Assembly: GCF_006345805.1 (NCBI RefSeq) | Contig: NW_021824496.1 | Location: forward strand, 1 to 18,075 | DNA: 18,075 nucleotides | Source: Octopus sinensis | Taxonomy: Eukaryota | Direction of reading: 5' to 3' | Position numbers and translations under genes: made by a program | In this document: piece by piece, positions 1 through 10,859 of the stretch | How the letters are laid out: each line of letters begins with the position of its first letter | Position numbering within the stretch: position 1 is the stretch's first letter | Notes under the pieces: model-generated | Told to the model about the DNA's origin: nothing | The model's database searches: none | Seen by the model: the letters and a program-made list of their open reading frames with translations, nothing else

Positions 1-334
1 TGGCAGAATCGTTAGCACTCCGGCGCAAATGCTTAACGGTATTTCGTCAGCCGCTATGTTCTGAGTTCAAATTCTGCCGAGGTCGACTTTGCCTTTCATT
101 CTTTCGGGGTCGATTAAATAAGTACCAGTTACGCACTGGGGTCGATGTAATCGACTTAGTCCCTTTATCTGTCCTTGTTTGTCTCCTCTGTGTTTAGCCC
201 CTTGTGGGTTGTAAAGAAATAGGTATTTCGTCTACCGTTACGTTGTGAGTTCAAATTCCACCGAGGCCGACTTTGCCTTTCATCCTTTCGGGGTCGATTA
301 AATAAGTACCAGTTACGCACTGGGGTTGATGTAA
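1..334 (+). mobile_element. tRNA-derived SINE family A, dimer (unit 1 1-221, start cut by the window edge; head-less unit 2 222-334, 3' truncated)
   Basis: A-box-like TGGCAGAATCG, B-box GAGTTCAAATTC, central GTCGACTTTGCCTTTCAT..GGGGTCGA..AAGTACCAG (recalled as similar to the Meta domain of molluscan SINEs, unverified), tail AAAGAAATA, then restart at GGTATTTCGTCT. Matches copies at 7699, 8185 and 12859. Confidence 0.9.
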
Positions 335-337
335 CAC

Positions 338-1066
338 AAAATCTTGTATTACCTTCTAGTACATTACTAGGTCCATGTTCATACTATATATTACTATGTT
401 CAAATCCTATCTTTCTACATAGCTCCCAGTGGATCGCTGTCTCTAGATTGTCATGTCTTTTCTTGTATTCTTTCTTTGCCAGCATGTTAAAATTATTTAG
501 TATATGAGTTACTATTTCCTCTCTTGATGTGCATAATCTACATTGTGTGAATCAACTTGGTTTTTGTCGCTTTCGGATTTTATCCAATTAGTCCTTAATG
601 CTTGATCTTGTGCAGCTACTAACAAACTTTCTGTCTCCCTCTTCAGCTTCAATTTCTGCAACTAAAACCATGTCTCACTACTGCTATTCGCTGCAACTAT
701 CTTTGGGAATTTACCATGCAACGCCTTCTCCTGACCGTCAGATAATCTCTGTTCTTTTTTCTGGTTTTTAACTTCGTTTGAGATTTTGGCTTCCCTGTGT
801 GTCTTGTAGTAACTCAAGAAGCTTTTAATAAACTTTCTTCACTATTACCTACATAGGAGTCTATATCTACTCTAGCTAACTCCACCTCTTCCACTTTCTT
901 TCTAGGTAGGTATAATCTTGCTACTCCTACCCCTGGGTGGAGTCCTTCATTCATAATGAGTTCCTTTGTAGTTCTTCTCTTTAGCTTTGCTAGTTTAGTT
1001 TTTGTTCAATCTTCAAAAGCTGCTGAGTATTTAAGTCATGACACTGCCCAAGTATTTACAACTTTC
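338..1066 (-). mobile_element. Decayed R4/Dong-clade non-LTR retrotransposon fragment (RT C-terminus, CCHC knuckle, start of restriction-like endonuclease)
   Basis: Manual translation, with 2 frameshifts and several stops: VNTWAVS*LKYSAAF..GLHPGVGVARLYLPRK..ALHGKF..LKRETESLLVAAQDQALRTNWIK..CRLC(542-531)TSREEIVTHIL..KEYKKRHD(458-450)NLETAIHWELCRKIG..*YEHGPSNVLE. The 5'-truncated end abuts (TAA)n, the known Dong target. Confidence 0.88.
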
Positions 1067-1068
1067 AC

Positions 1069-1102
<34 letters not shown>

Positions 1103-1114
1103 ATAATAATAATA
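1069..1114. repeat. (TTA)n switching to (TAA)n; perfect 30-bp palindrome at 1085-1114
   Basis: Read directly from the sequence. Confidence 0.95.
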
Positions 1115-1634
1115 GAGCGATGGATGACTCTGTTGCATGTTATACTATTTGGCAAGGGCAGTGCAACAAAATCAGTTGAGTCGTCGATAAAATATCGTAC
1201 AACGTTTCATACCACGTCAAGATCAACTTTGTGTTTCATGAAATTCAGAGAGTCACTAAAAGAATAAAAATCTATACGTTTAATTCAGGCTCCATTTCAT
1301 TCGAACCAGTTATTCATGTGTTGAGATTGAAACCATTCTTATTTAAACTAATGAGGGACACTCAACGTTTTAGCTCGACTAACTTAAAATAGAAGTCAAA
1401 TATTCATCAAAACAAATTATTTCCTGTCAAAGGAAGGATATGTTGGCCTTGCTAGGAATGTATTTGATCTGGGCTTGCCTAATCTCGTATAACAACGTAG
1501 ATCAACAAAGGACTCAGCTAAAAAAAATTGTCATGATCCTCACAACAACTTTCTTTCAAATATCTTCTTTCAGTTTTTCTGATTGAAGTTGTGGTGTAAT
1601 TAAACAATATAGTGTTGAATGAATGACAAGCATT

Positions 1635-1690
1635 AATATGCAAATGAAGCTAACCATTATGCTAATAATTTAATTCCTCGCTGCTTTATA
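1635..1690 (+). repeat. 56-bp dispersed direct repeat, copy 1 (contains ATGCAAAT)
   Basis: 47/56 identical to 2202-2257 by manual alignment. Confidence 0.85.
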
Positions 1691-1802
1691 GGCAGCTGTC
1701 ACTTGTAGAAAGAAAAGCAGCGATCAACACACTGCAGAACGCTTCATCAAATGTTTCACTCTGAAACTGAATATACTGAAGAAACGTCTTTGATTTTTTG
1801 TC

Positions 1803-1885
1803 TTTCGCTTGCTTCAGTCATTAGACTGCAGCCATGCTGGGGCATCGCCTTTAACAAGTTTTAGTCGAATGAAATAACTCCGGTA
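1803..1885 (-). mobile_element. SINE family B 3' tail fragment
   Basis: CTTCAGTCATTAGACTGCAGCCATGCTGGGGCATCGCCTTT matches the reverse complement of the family B tail (cf. 4905-4950, 13870-13911). Confidence 0.75.
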
Positions 1886-1893
1886 CTTTTTTT

Positions 1894-2105
1894 TATTTCT
1901 TTTAAGAGAGGACAAACAAGGACACACAAAGGTACTAAGTCGATTACATCAACCCCAGTGCGCAACTGGTACTTAATTTATCGACTCCGAAAGGATGAAA
2001 GGCAAAGTCGACCGCGGCGGATTTTGAACTCAGAACGTAACGGCAGACGAAATACGGCTACGTATTTCGCCCGGCGTGCTAACGTTTCTGCCAGCTCGCC
2101 GCCTT
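1894..2105 (-). mobile_element. SINE family A monomer, internal deletion near the tail
   Basis: Reverse complement of the family A head (AAGGCGGCGAGCTGGCAGAAACG), B-box and central domain. Confidence 0.9.
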
Positions 2106-2201
2106 AGGTTTTCTAAATATATTCCAGTAAATTTGATTGAATTAGCGATTTGCATAAAACGTATCATGTTTATTTCATGACTAGTTAATAAACAATACAG
2201 A

Positions 2202-2257
2202 AATATGCAAATGAAGCTACTCATTACGGTAATAGCTTAATTCCTGACTGTTTTATA
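2202..2257 (+). repeat. 56-bp dispersed direct repeat, copy 2 (contains ATGCAAAT)
   Basis: Matches 1635-1690. Confidence 0.85.
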
Positions 2258-2859
2258 TTTAGAAGAACATTCTATAATTACTGGAATAGCCAATAAATGG
2301 ATTTTATTGAACTATGAAAACATCATATACTCGTTCACTAATAAGGAAAAGACCTCTTACGATAAGGAAAACAAAGGAACAAAATTCTTTATATGAGTTC
2401 GTGTGTTAAAGCATATTCTATTGTATCTGGGGAGAGTCATTTTCCTTTTGTGCCTTATTTTAGGACAATAAAAATAAGAAAAACGTGGAAATTTTACCGG
2501 TCAGTGTGTTACACAATAAGGTACAAAAAGAAAATGACTCTCCCCAGATACAATAAAGGAACAAAAGATAAAATATAAATACTGTAGCGGTTCTCTCCCA
2601 TTAAGGAGAATATTCACCCTCTCTGTATCTCATAATGACACTCTCTTTCTCTCTGTAAGCAACTTCAAGTGATCACATGCATTCTATATATATAATAGCT
2701 TCAAGACAGAATTCGGTCATGTGCTTGAGGAACAGCGAATGAACTGTAAAATAGCTCTGCAGGACTAACCCCCCCCCCACCTTTTTTTTGTCTTTCATAT
2801 CGAAAGCATAAGAGGAATCTCTTCATTATCCTTATTTCGTCTCACTGATAAGCCATCGC

Positions 2860-2970
2860 GTGGAGGCGCGTGGCTTAGTGGTTAGAGTGTCAGCATCATG
2901 ATCGTAAGATTGTGGTTTCGATTCCTAGACCGGGCTACGCGTTGTGTTCTTGAGCAAAACACTTCATTTC
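2860..2970 (+). mobile_element. tRNA-derived SINE head (family C-related), truncated at a (TTC)n tract
   Basis: A-box TGGCTTAGTGG at 2871-2881, B-box GGTTTCGATTCC at 2914-2925. Similar to the head of the 12122-12501 element. Confidence 0.8.
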
Positions 2971-3057
2971 TTCTTCTTCTTCTTCTTCTTCTTCTTCTTG
3001 TTCTTGTTCTTCTTCTTGTTCTTGTTCTTCTTCTTCTTCTTCTTCTACTACTTCTTC
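2967..3057. repeat. (TTC)n/(TTCTTG) microsatellite
   Basis: Read directly from the sequence. Confidence 0.95.
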
Positions 3058-3191
3058 CCAGCAATGCCTGGAAGACACACAGCGTAACAGCACACCTCTC
3101 ATGCAAGTCTGATGAAGTGACTCTCTAATATCTAAAACCGCAAAGATTACGTAAATTTTCACTTCGAATAATTGCATGTGTGGTGTGTTGT

Positions 3192-3208
3192 GTATGTATG
3201 TATGTATG

Positions 3209-3248
<40 letters not shown>

Positions 3249-3249
3249 T

Positions 3250-3290
<41 letters not shown>
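3192..3290. repeat. (TATG)/(TA)/(TG) compound microsatellite
   Basis: Read directly from the sequence. Confidence 0.95.
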
Positions 3291-3317
3291 CCTGTATGTC
3301 TGCGTGTACATATAGCC

Positions 3318-3688
3318 GCAGGTGTGTGTGTGTGTGGTAAGAAGTTTGCTTTCCGACGACCTGGTTCCGTGTTCAGTGGGACCTTGGGCAAATGTCTTCT
3401 ACTATAGCCTCGAGCCGACCAAAGCCCTGTGAGTGGATTTGGTAGACGGAAACTGAAAGAAGCCTGTCGTATATATATATATATATTTGTCTCACCGCCA
3501 CCAACGCTTTACAGACAATGGTGGTGTCTTTATGTCCCCGTAATATAGCGGTTCGACAAAAGGGACCGACAGAATAAGTGCTAGGCTTACAAAGAATATG
3601 TCCTGGGTCTATTTCTTCAACTAAAAAGCCCTTTAAGGCGGTGCTTCAGCATGGCCGCAGTGAAATGCCTGAAACGTGTAAAAGAACA
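3318..3688 (+). mobile_element. SINE family B (CORE-like, probably octopus OR-type), near full length and diverged
   Basis: Degenerate tRNA head, then ACCTTGGGCAAATGTCTTCTACT (resembles the CORE start CTTGGGCAAGT), internal (TA)n, and tail GGCGGTGCTTCAGCATGGCCGCAG..GTAAAAGA. Colinear with 13842-14247. Confidence 0.85.
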
Positions 3689-3825
3689 GAGAGAGAAAGA
3701 GAGAGAGAGAGAGAGGGGGAAAGAGAGAAAAAGTGAAAGGGAAAGAAAGTGAGATAGGTCTTCATAAATACTGTAAAATTCTATATATTGTCAATTGTAT
3801 ACACGCTGTGAATATATACACATTG

Positions 3826-3966
3826 TGAGGCGACGAAACCGCCAGAACCATTAGCACACCAGTTAAAAAATCTTAACGGTATTTCCTCCGTCTTCGTGTT
3901 CTGAGTTCAAATTTCGCCGAGGTCGACTTTGACTTTCATCTTTTCAGGGGCGAGGAAAGAAGTACC
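3826..3966 (+). mobile_element. Old diverged family A copy, interrupted by an antisense dimer (resumes at 4369-4390)
   Basis: GGTATTTCCTCCGTC..GAGTTCAAATTTCGCCGAGGTCGACTTTGACTTTCATC; its AAGTACC segment forms part of the TSD. Confidence 0.75.
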
Positions 3967-4368
3967 TATTTCTTTATTACCCACAAGGGGCAGAAACACA
4001 GAGGGGACAAACAAGGACAGACATAGGTATTAAGTCGATTACGTAACTGGTACTTAATTTATCGACCCCGAAAGGATGAAAGGCAAAGTCGACCTCGGCG
4101 GAATTTGAACTCACAACGTAACGCAGACGAAATACCTATTTCTTTATTACCCACAAGGGGCTAAACACAGAGGGGACAAACAAGGACAGACATAGGTATT
4201 AAGTCGATTACATCGACCCCAGTGAGTATATGGTACTTAATTTATCGACCCCGAAAGGATGAAAGGCAAAGTCGACCTCGGCGGAATTTGAACTCACAAC
4301 GTAACGCAGACGAAATACCGCTAAGCATTTCGCCCGGCGTGCTAACGTTTCTGCCAGCTCGCCGCCTT
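3967..4368 (-). mobile_element. SINE family A dimer with 16-bp TSD
   Basis: Unit 1 4368-4137, head-less unit 2 4136-3967. TSD CGAGGAAAGAAGTACC at 3951-3966 and 4369-4384. Confidence 0.93.
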
Positions 4369-4904
4369 CGAGGAAAGAAGTACCAATTGACATAACTCCT
4401 TCACCGAAATTAATGGTCTTGTGTCAAAATTTTAGACCAATTTATACACATTGTGTTATTTTAATCTGTAAACAGTCAACATAGACCACAATGTGCCACT
4501 CCATTCAATACTTTATACAACATTACTATCTACACCCTGTGCATCTCTATTCAATAGTCTACATACCCGGTAATTATGTAGATACTACCCCAGCGTAGTG
4601 AATTATCTATCTGCTGTAACTGCCGCAGTCAGTATTTTAGGAATTGTGCTTCCCCTGTATATCTTTAATAAACAAAAGGGTTCTGTTCTGTTAATATATA
4701 TAAAAAAGGATGTATTTAGTAAACCTCGTCTTAATACACACACAAAACACATACACTTATGGCCATGGATAATTAAGTGGATAGAGTGAAAAATAGCAAG
4801 ATAGATGTATAGATATATAGATATGTGCGCGCTCACGCACACACAAACACAAATAGACATACATACAGACAGATAAATAATGACAGAAAGTAAGATAGAT
4901 AGAT

Positions 4905-4973
4905 AAAGGCGGTGCTCCAGCATGGCCGCAGTCAAATGACTGAAACAAGTAAAAGAGTAAAAGAGTAAAAGAG
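4905..4973 (+). mobile_element. 5'-truncated family B tail with (GTAAAAGA)x3 end
   Basis: AAAGGCGGTGCTCCAGCATGGCCGCAGTCAAATGACTGAAACAA followed by the tandem tail, within GATA-rich sequence. Confidence 0.85.
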
Positions 4974-4974
4974 A

Positions 4975-5230
4975 GATACATAGGTAGATACAGACAGATA
5001 GATTGACAGAGAAAGAGAGAGAAAGAAGGGAGAAAGAAAGAGAGAGAAGAAAGAAAGCGAGAGAAATATAGATATATTAATTGATAGATAGATAGATAGA
5101 TAGATGATAGATAGATAGATAGATAGAGAGATAGATAGATAGATAGAGAGATAGATAGATAGATAGATAGATGATAGATAGATAGAGAGATAGATAGATG
5201 ATAGATAGATAGAGAGATAGATAGATAGAG

Positions 5231-5263
<33 letters not shown>

Positions 5264-5295
5264 TATAGATAGAGAGAGGGAGAGAGAGAGAGAGA
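4975..5295. repeat. AG-rich and (GATA)n microsatellite
   Basis: Read directly from the sequence. Confidence 0.95.
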
Positions 5296-5689
5296 ATGTT
5301 TGCGTGAATGTATATATGTCTGTTTGTTTAAGGGGATTTGAATGTGTGTGTACGCGGCGTGTGTGTTTGATAATGGAGGATGTGGTCGGGTGGCAAACAA
5401 ACGTAATAAAGAATTTCAGAAAAGAAAGATTTAACAGTCACCTTGTGTCTTGTAATTCTTGTAAACAGAGAGATTTACCGATAATCTTAGCAAACAGCGA
5501 ACACACATTTAAAATGGCCAATAATATAGACAGGAACAGATTGACATTTCCAGTCTTTGGAGGAACGCCAAAACAAAAATGGCTCCCGGACATCAACAGT
5601 TAAAAACGTTTAAAGTAAAGATGTATGGCTGCCTGGTAGTATGGCTACTATTCGAATATGGCGGCATAAAACGTATAAAAGGTATGAAG

Positions 5690-5838
5690 TGTGTATGTGT
5701 GTGTGTTTCCATATGTGTATTTTTGTGATTTTAAGCAAGCGTTGGACCCGTACGTGTGTGCGTGTATATACATATACATACATACATACATACATACTTA
5801 CATACATACATACATATATATATTATATATATATATAG

Positions 5839-5925
<87 letters not shown>

Positions 5926-6560
5926 TAATAGATACATACACACACAATATATATATACTACATATATAACATATATATATGTATATATGTCTATGTATGA
6001 ATGTATATATGTATGTATCTATCTTTCTCTACGAATTCGAACACACACACAGATAGTCACACACATAAGCGCACGCGCATACACACAAGCGCGCGTTAGT
6101 ATGTTTTAAGAGTATATATGTCTATAATATTTTTTCTGTGGGTTTCTTGGTGTCAGTGCGAGTGTATATATGTTTTTCTTCCGTGTTTTGTGGGTAGAAG
6201 GATGTGTGTACGTGTTTTTGTATACGAGTAGCTGTGTGCATGCGCGGATGTCCCTATATTTCTGTGTGTGTTTCTATACACCTATGTGTGTGTAACATAT
6301 TATCTCTGAATGTGTATTTTTACATTAGTATAATTTCCAATACGCTTATGTATATGTGTATATATTTATATATGCGTATGCTTTTAATGTGTGTGTCTGT
6401 ATGTCGTAAATATATGCGTGTGTGCTCTATGGTGAAAGTGTCTCAATGGTGAAATGTGTGTGCGTAGTACGCGTGTGTACGTACACATATCTGTAACTAT
6501 TCACACACACACACGAATACACGCACTCACGCACACACCTATAACAGTATGTTTGTAAGC

Positions 6561-6617
<57 letters not shown>

Positions 6618-6709
6618 TTTATATTATATATCTATTATATATATATATATAAATGTATGTATTTATATATATATATATTTAGTATATGTATATAATATAT
6701 ATAATATAT

Positions 6710-6742
<33 letters not shown>

Positions 6743-6816
6743 GTATGTATATAGATATATATATATTATGTATATGTATAATATATATATTATATATATA
6801 TATGTATGTATGTATG

Positions 6817-6852
<36 letters not shown>

Positions 6853-7067
6853 CGTCTGCTTGTACAAATGGTGGTGGTGGTGGTGGTGGCAGCGTGTCTG
6901 TTATACAAAAGTATAATTTAAAGACCAGTGAACAGTTAGCTTTTCTGAAAAGAAAATTACAGTTCTATCAAAAGATAAAAAAAAAAAAAAACAAAAGCAC
7001 AAAGCGAAAACAAATAAATAAATAAATCTGTAAATAAAGGAGTTAAGCAATTTTGTTTCTCTTGCAC

Positions 7068-7118
<51 letters not shown>

Positions 7119-7325
7119 CATGCACATACACACATATGCATGCACCCATACATATATGTATGTATACATATATATGTATGTGTGTTTGTGTATATATATG
7201 TATGTATGTGTGTTATTATATATATATGTATGTGTGTTTGTGTATATATATGTATGTATGTATATATATATATATATGTATGTGTGTATATATGTATATA
7301 TATATATATATATATATGTTTGTTT
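5690..7325. repeat. Low-complexity block of (TA)n, (CA)n, (TG)n, (TACA)n and (GTG)n with short unique spacers
   Basis: Read directly; accounts for the Y/I/V/C/H/T-rich ORFs. Confidence 0.9.
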
Positions 7326-7659
7326 TTTTGTGTTTTTATGCTTAGTTATAACAAAAACAGTTTTACATTAATCTGATGGGTTACTCTATACTTTTGTAGA
7401 ATACAAATTTGTTTTTCTTATGCAAGAATGTTATTGACAGTAACATCGAAGTTTTTGCCAACTAAGCCATCGTCTAGCACACATACACACACACACACAC
7501 ACGCATAATGTTACCAGTGATTGGAAACTTTAAGATCAATATGATGTATAAGAAAAAAGGAAAGAAATATTAAACGTATGTTCTGTGTCTCTGTGCACCT
7601 CCTTAAATTTCCATTTTGATCGTATTGTTAACCATTCTGTCAACTCGCCGCCTTCGCAA

Positions 7660-8062
7660 GTGCGGGTGAGGGGTTAAATCGATTATATCGACTCCAGTAA
7701 GGCGGCGAGCTGGCAGAAACGTTAGCGCGCCGGGCGAAATGCTTAGCGGTATTTCGTCTGCCGCTACTTTCTGAGTTCAAATTCCGCCGAGGTCGACTTT
7801 GCCTTTCATCCTTTCGGAGTCGATAAATTAAGTACCAGTTACGCACTGGGGTCGATGTAATAGACTCAATCCATTTGTCAGTCCTTGTTTGTCTCCTCTA
7901 TGTTTAGCCCCTTGTGGGTAGTAAAGAAATATATATCGACTCCAGTGCTTAACTGCTACTTATTTTATCGATCTGGGAAGGATGGAGGGTATAGTTGAAC
8001 TCGGTGGAATCTGAAATGCTGCTAAGAATTTTGCCCAGCGCGCTGACGATGCTGCCAGCTCG
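7660..8062 (-). mobile_element. Old diverged family A copy split by a younger sense-strand copy
   Basis: Segments 7660-7698 and 7947-8062 join into a reverse-complement family A copy (..ATCGACTCCAGT..TACTTATTTTATCGA..GCTGCCAGCTCG). Confidence 0.7.
7699..7931 (+). mobile_element. SINE family A full monomer with 15-bp TSD
   Basis: Complete from head to the AAAGAAATA tail. TSD TATATCGACTCCAGT at 7684-7698 and 7932-7946. Confidence 0.95.
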
Positions 8063-8067
8063 GTGCA

Positions 8068-8122
8068 CTACCACGTATCACTACGTATTATTACAACATA
8101 TTATTACGTATTACTACGTATT
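8068..8122. repeat. Short degenerate ~10-bp tandem repeat (TTACTACGTA-like)
   Basis: About five imperfect units visible. Confidence 0.6.
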
Positions 8123-8184
8123 GCCGAATACATTGACCAATGTGTTTTTAGAATATACAGATAGTAACAGAATGTGGTAATTAG

Positions 8185-8603
8185 GCGAGCTGGCAGAAAC
8201 GTTAGCACGCCGGGCGAAATGCTTCGCGGTATTTCGGCTGCCGCTATGTTCTGAGTTCAAATTCCGCCGTGGTCGACTTTGCCTTTCATCCTTTCGGGGT
8301 CGATTAAATAAGTACCAGTAACGCACTGGGGTCGATGTAATCGGCTTAATCCGCGTGTCTGTCCTTGTTTAACCCCCCCCCCCTGTGTTTAGCCCCTTGT
8401 GAGTTGTAAAGAAACAGGTATTTCGTCTACCGCTATCTTCTGAGTTCAAATTCCGCCGAGGTCGACTTTGCCTTTCGTCCTTTCGGGGTCGACAAATTAA
8501 GCACCAGTTAGGCACTGGGGTCGATGTAAACGACTTTATCCCTTTGTCTGTCCTTGTTTGTCCCCTCTGTGTTTAGCCCCTTGTAGGCAATAAAGAAATA
8601 AGT
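8185..8603 (+). mobile_element. SINE family A dimer with 13-bp TSD
   Basis: Unit 1 8185-8416, unit 2 starts GGTATTTCGTCT at 8417. TSD ATGTGGTAATTAG at 8172-8184 and 8604-8616. Confidence 0.93.
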
Positions 8604-8731
8604 ATGTGGTAATTAGTTACAGTGCGTCGATTTGTACAGCGTGTAGAATCAAGACAAGGGTTGTACAATCTCTGTAACTGATTCAAATTTAGGTTCAAGG
8701 CAAAAAATTTTTGAGAGGAGAGGCAAGTAGT

Positions 8732-8885
8732 TTACATCAACCCCAATACCTCACTGGTACTTAATTTACCGACACCGAATGGATGAAGGGTAAAGCCGAC
8801 CTTGGTAGAGTTTGAACTCGTAATATAATGAGTAGTCGAAAGAACTTCTGCTAAGCATTTTGTCCGACTCGCTAACGGTTCTGAT
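8732..8885 (-). mobile_element. Old diverged family A fragment
   Basis: TACATCAACCCC..CTGGTACTTAATTTACCGAC..GGATGAAGGGTAAAGCCGACC..TTTGAACTC. Confidence 0.7.
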
Positions 8886-9513
8886 ATCGTTCCGTTCTTA
8901 ATATCATCTAACATTGGCACAAATCCTCATATATATGGTTTTTGCGAGCAGGCATGTGCTAGAGAGGTACTTTATATGTCATTGACCTCAGAATATGAAA
9001 AGCAATCGTGTGGTTTAGACTTCTAAAGTTCCATGCTCTCGCTTCAATGCTGGAGTCAAATTATATACCTAACAACAGTTTAGTATTTAACTGACAAGTT
9101 ACACAATACGTTGTAGAAGAATACATGCTTATTAAATTTTTATGACAAGATGGTTGACACTAAACCCTTAATATATGTACAGAGAGCAAGAGAGAGAGAT
9201 AGATAGAGGGAGAGGGAGAGATAGAGAGAACAGAGAGAGAGATAGTAAGAGAGAGAGAGGAGAGAAGAGAGATAGAGTAGAAAATTTTGATATATTCTTA
9301 ATTCTAGGTAATTACACGGAAATAAAAATATACCAACATTTTCCAGTCATACATTTAATATATACTTACAGAGCAAATATTATGAATCGTCAGGAACTTC
9401 GCCGGGTATGTATGACAGTTTTATATAAAATAAAACATCAACATACAGACATTTGATTACTGGAATATGTGCGGCTGTGCTTCATGAGAACACAGCCTGT
9501 ATTATGAACTCTT

Positions 9514-9950
<437 letters not shown>

Positions 9951-10008
9951 TGGGCTTCGTATATTTTACCCCAGTGTCACTTCGATGGCAAGCACTGCTC
10001 TCTCACTC

Positions 10009-10039
<31 letters not shown>

Positions 10040-10058
10040 GTAATAATAATAATAATAA
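9951..10058 (+). mobile_element. 5'-truncated copy (58 bp) of element D plus its (AAT)n tail
   Basis: 9951-10008 is 54/58 identical to the reverse complement of 14323-14380 and is followed by (AAT)n. Confidence 0.85.
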
Positions 10059-10487
10059 TGACGGCGATAATGATGATGATGATGATAATGTGGATTCATG
10101 ACGCAGAGACAATATTTTGACACGTTAGTGTAAATTTGGTTTTATAGCGAAATGTTACTTTTGCAATCCATGTCATTAACATTGGTGAATCAAATTAGTT
10201 TCCTTTGCAGCGTTTCCAGTCAATTTTACCAATAGTAATTAAATGACGACAGTTAGTCGTAGTTGACGAATAGATTCGCACAAGTTTCCTATTCCAGAAC
10301 CATCCATGTTTACATGTCCCAGTCTACATTGGAAGATGTAATACCTTAAACCGTATAAATGCCTAACAACTGTGTATTTTATGGATGTTACTCAGGAAAT
10401 TAGTCGGAGATGTCCATTTAGATATCGATGTTGCTGTATCGGTCGACTGATTAGTAGTTCTAAGTGTGATACCCTTGACTAGCCAAT

Positions 10488-10493
10488 GACAGA

Positions 10494-10535
<42 letters not shown>

Positions 10536-10640
10536 GGGAGAGACGGAGAAAAGGATGGGAAAGCGAGAAAAAGAAAGAGAATGAAAGAGAGGAATGTTGA
10601 AAGAGAGACAGAGAGAACGATAGAGAGAGAAGGAAGAGAA
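10488..10640. repeat. (GA)n / purine-rich low-complexity tract
   Basis: Read directly from the sequence. Confidence 0.9.
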
Positions 10641-10859
10641 TCTTTAAAGATCGATTGAGCTACTAGAAATAACCGTCTAATCTCCCTTAACCTTTTGTCT
10701 GTTTCTGTGATTCCCACTTAATACACAAAACCTATTTCCCCGGCGTCAATACATGGGTATCATATATGATACACATTCTTCAGTCTTTTTGTTGTTGTTG
10801 CTGTTGTTGTTGTTTTCATTCACCAGAGTAACTTCAGACTTATGAAAGGAAAGCTTTAT

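Noticed and set aside
3109-3171. CTGATGA..GAA as a canonical hammerhead or C/D snoRNA
   Set aside because: No helix III or NUH triplet, helix II is out of register, and there is no terminal box D. Kept only as a fold-back finding.
10196-10330. Two splice-acceptor-like pyrimidine-AG sites
   Set aside because: Downstream frames hit stops quickly and no convincing exon peptide results.
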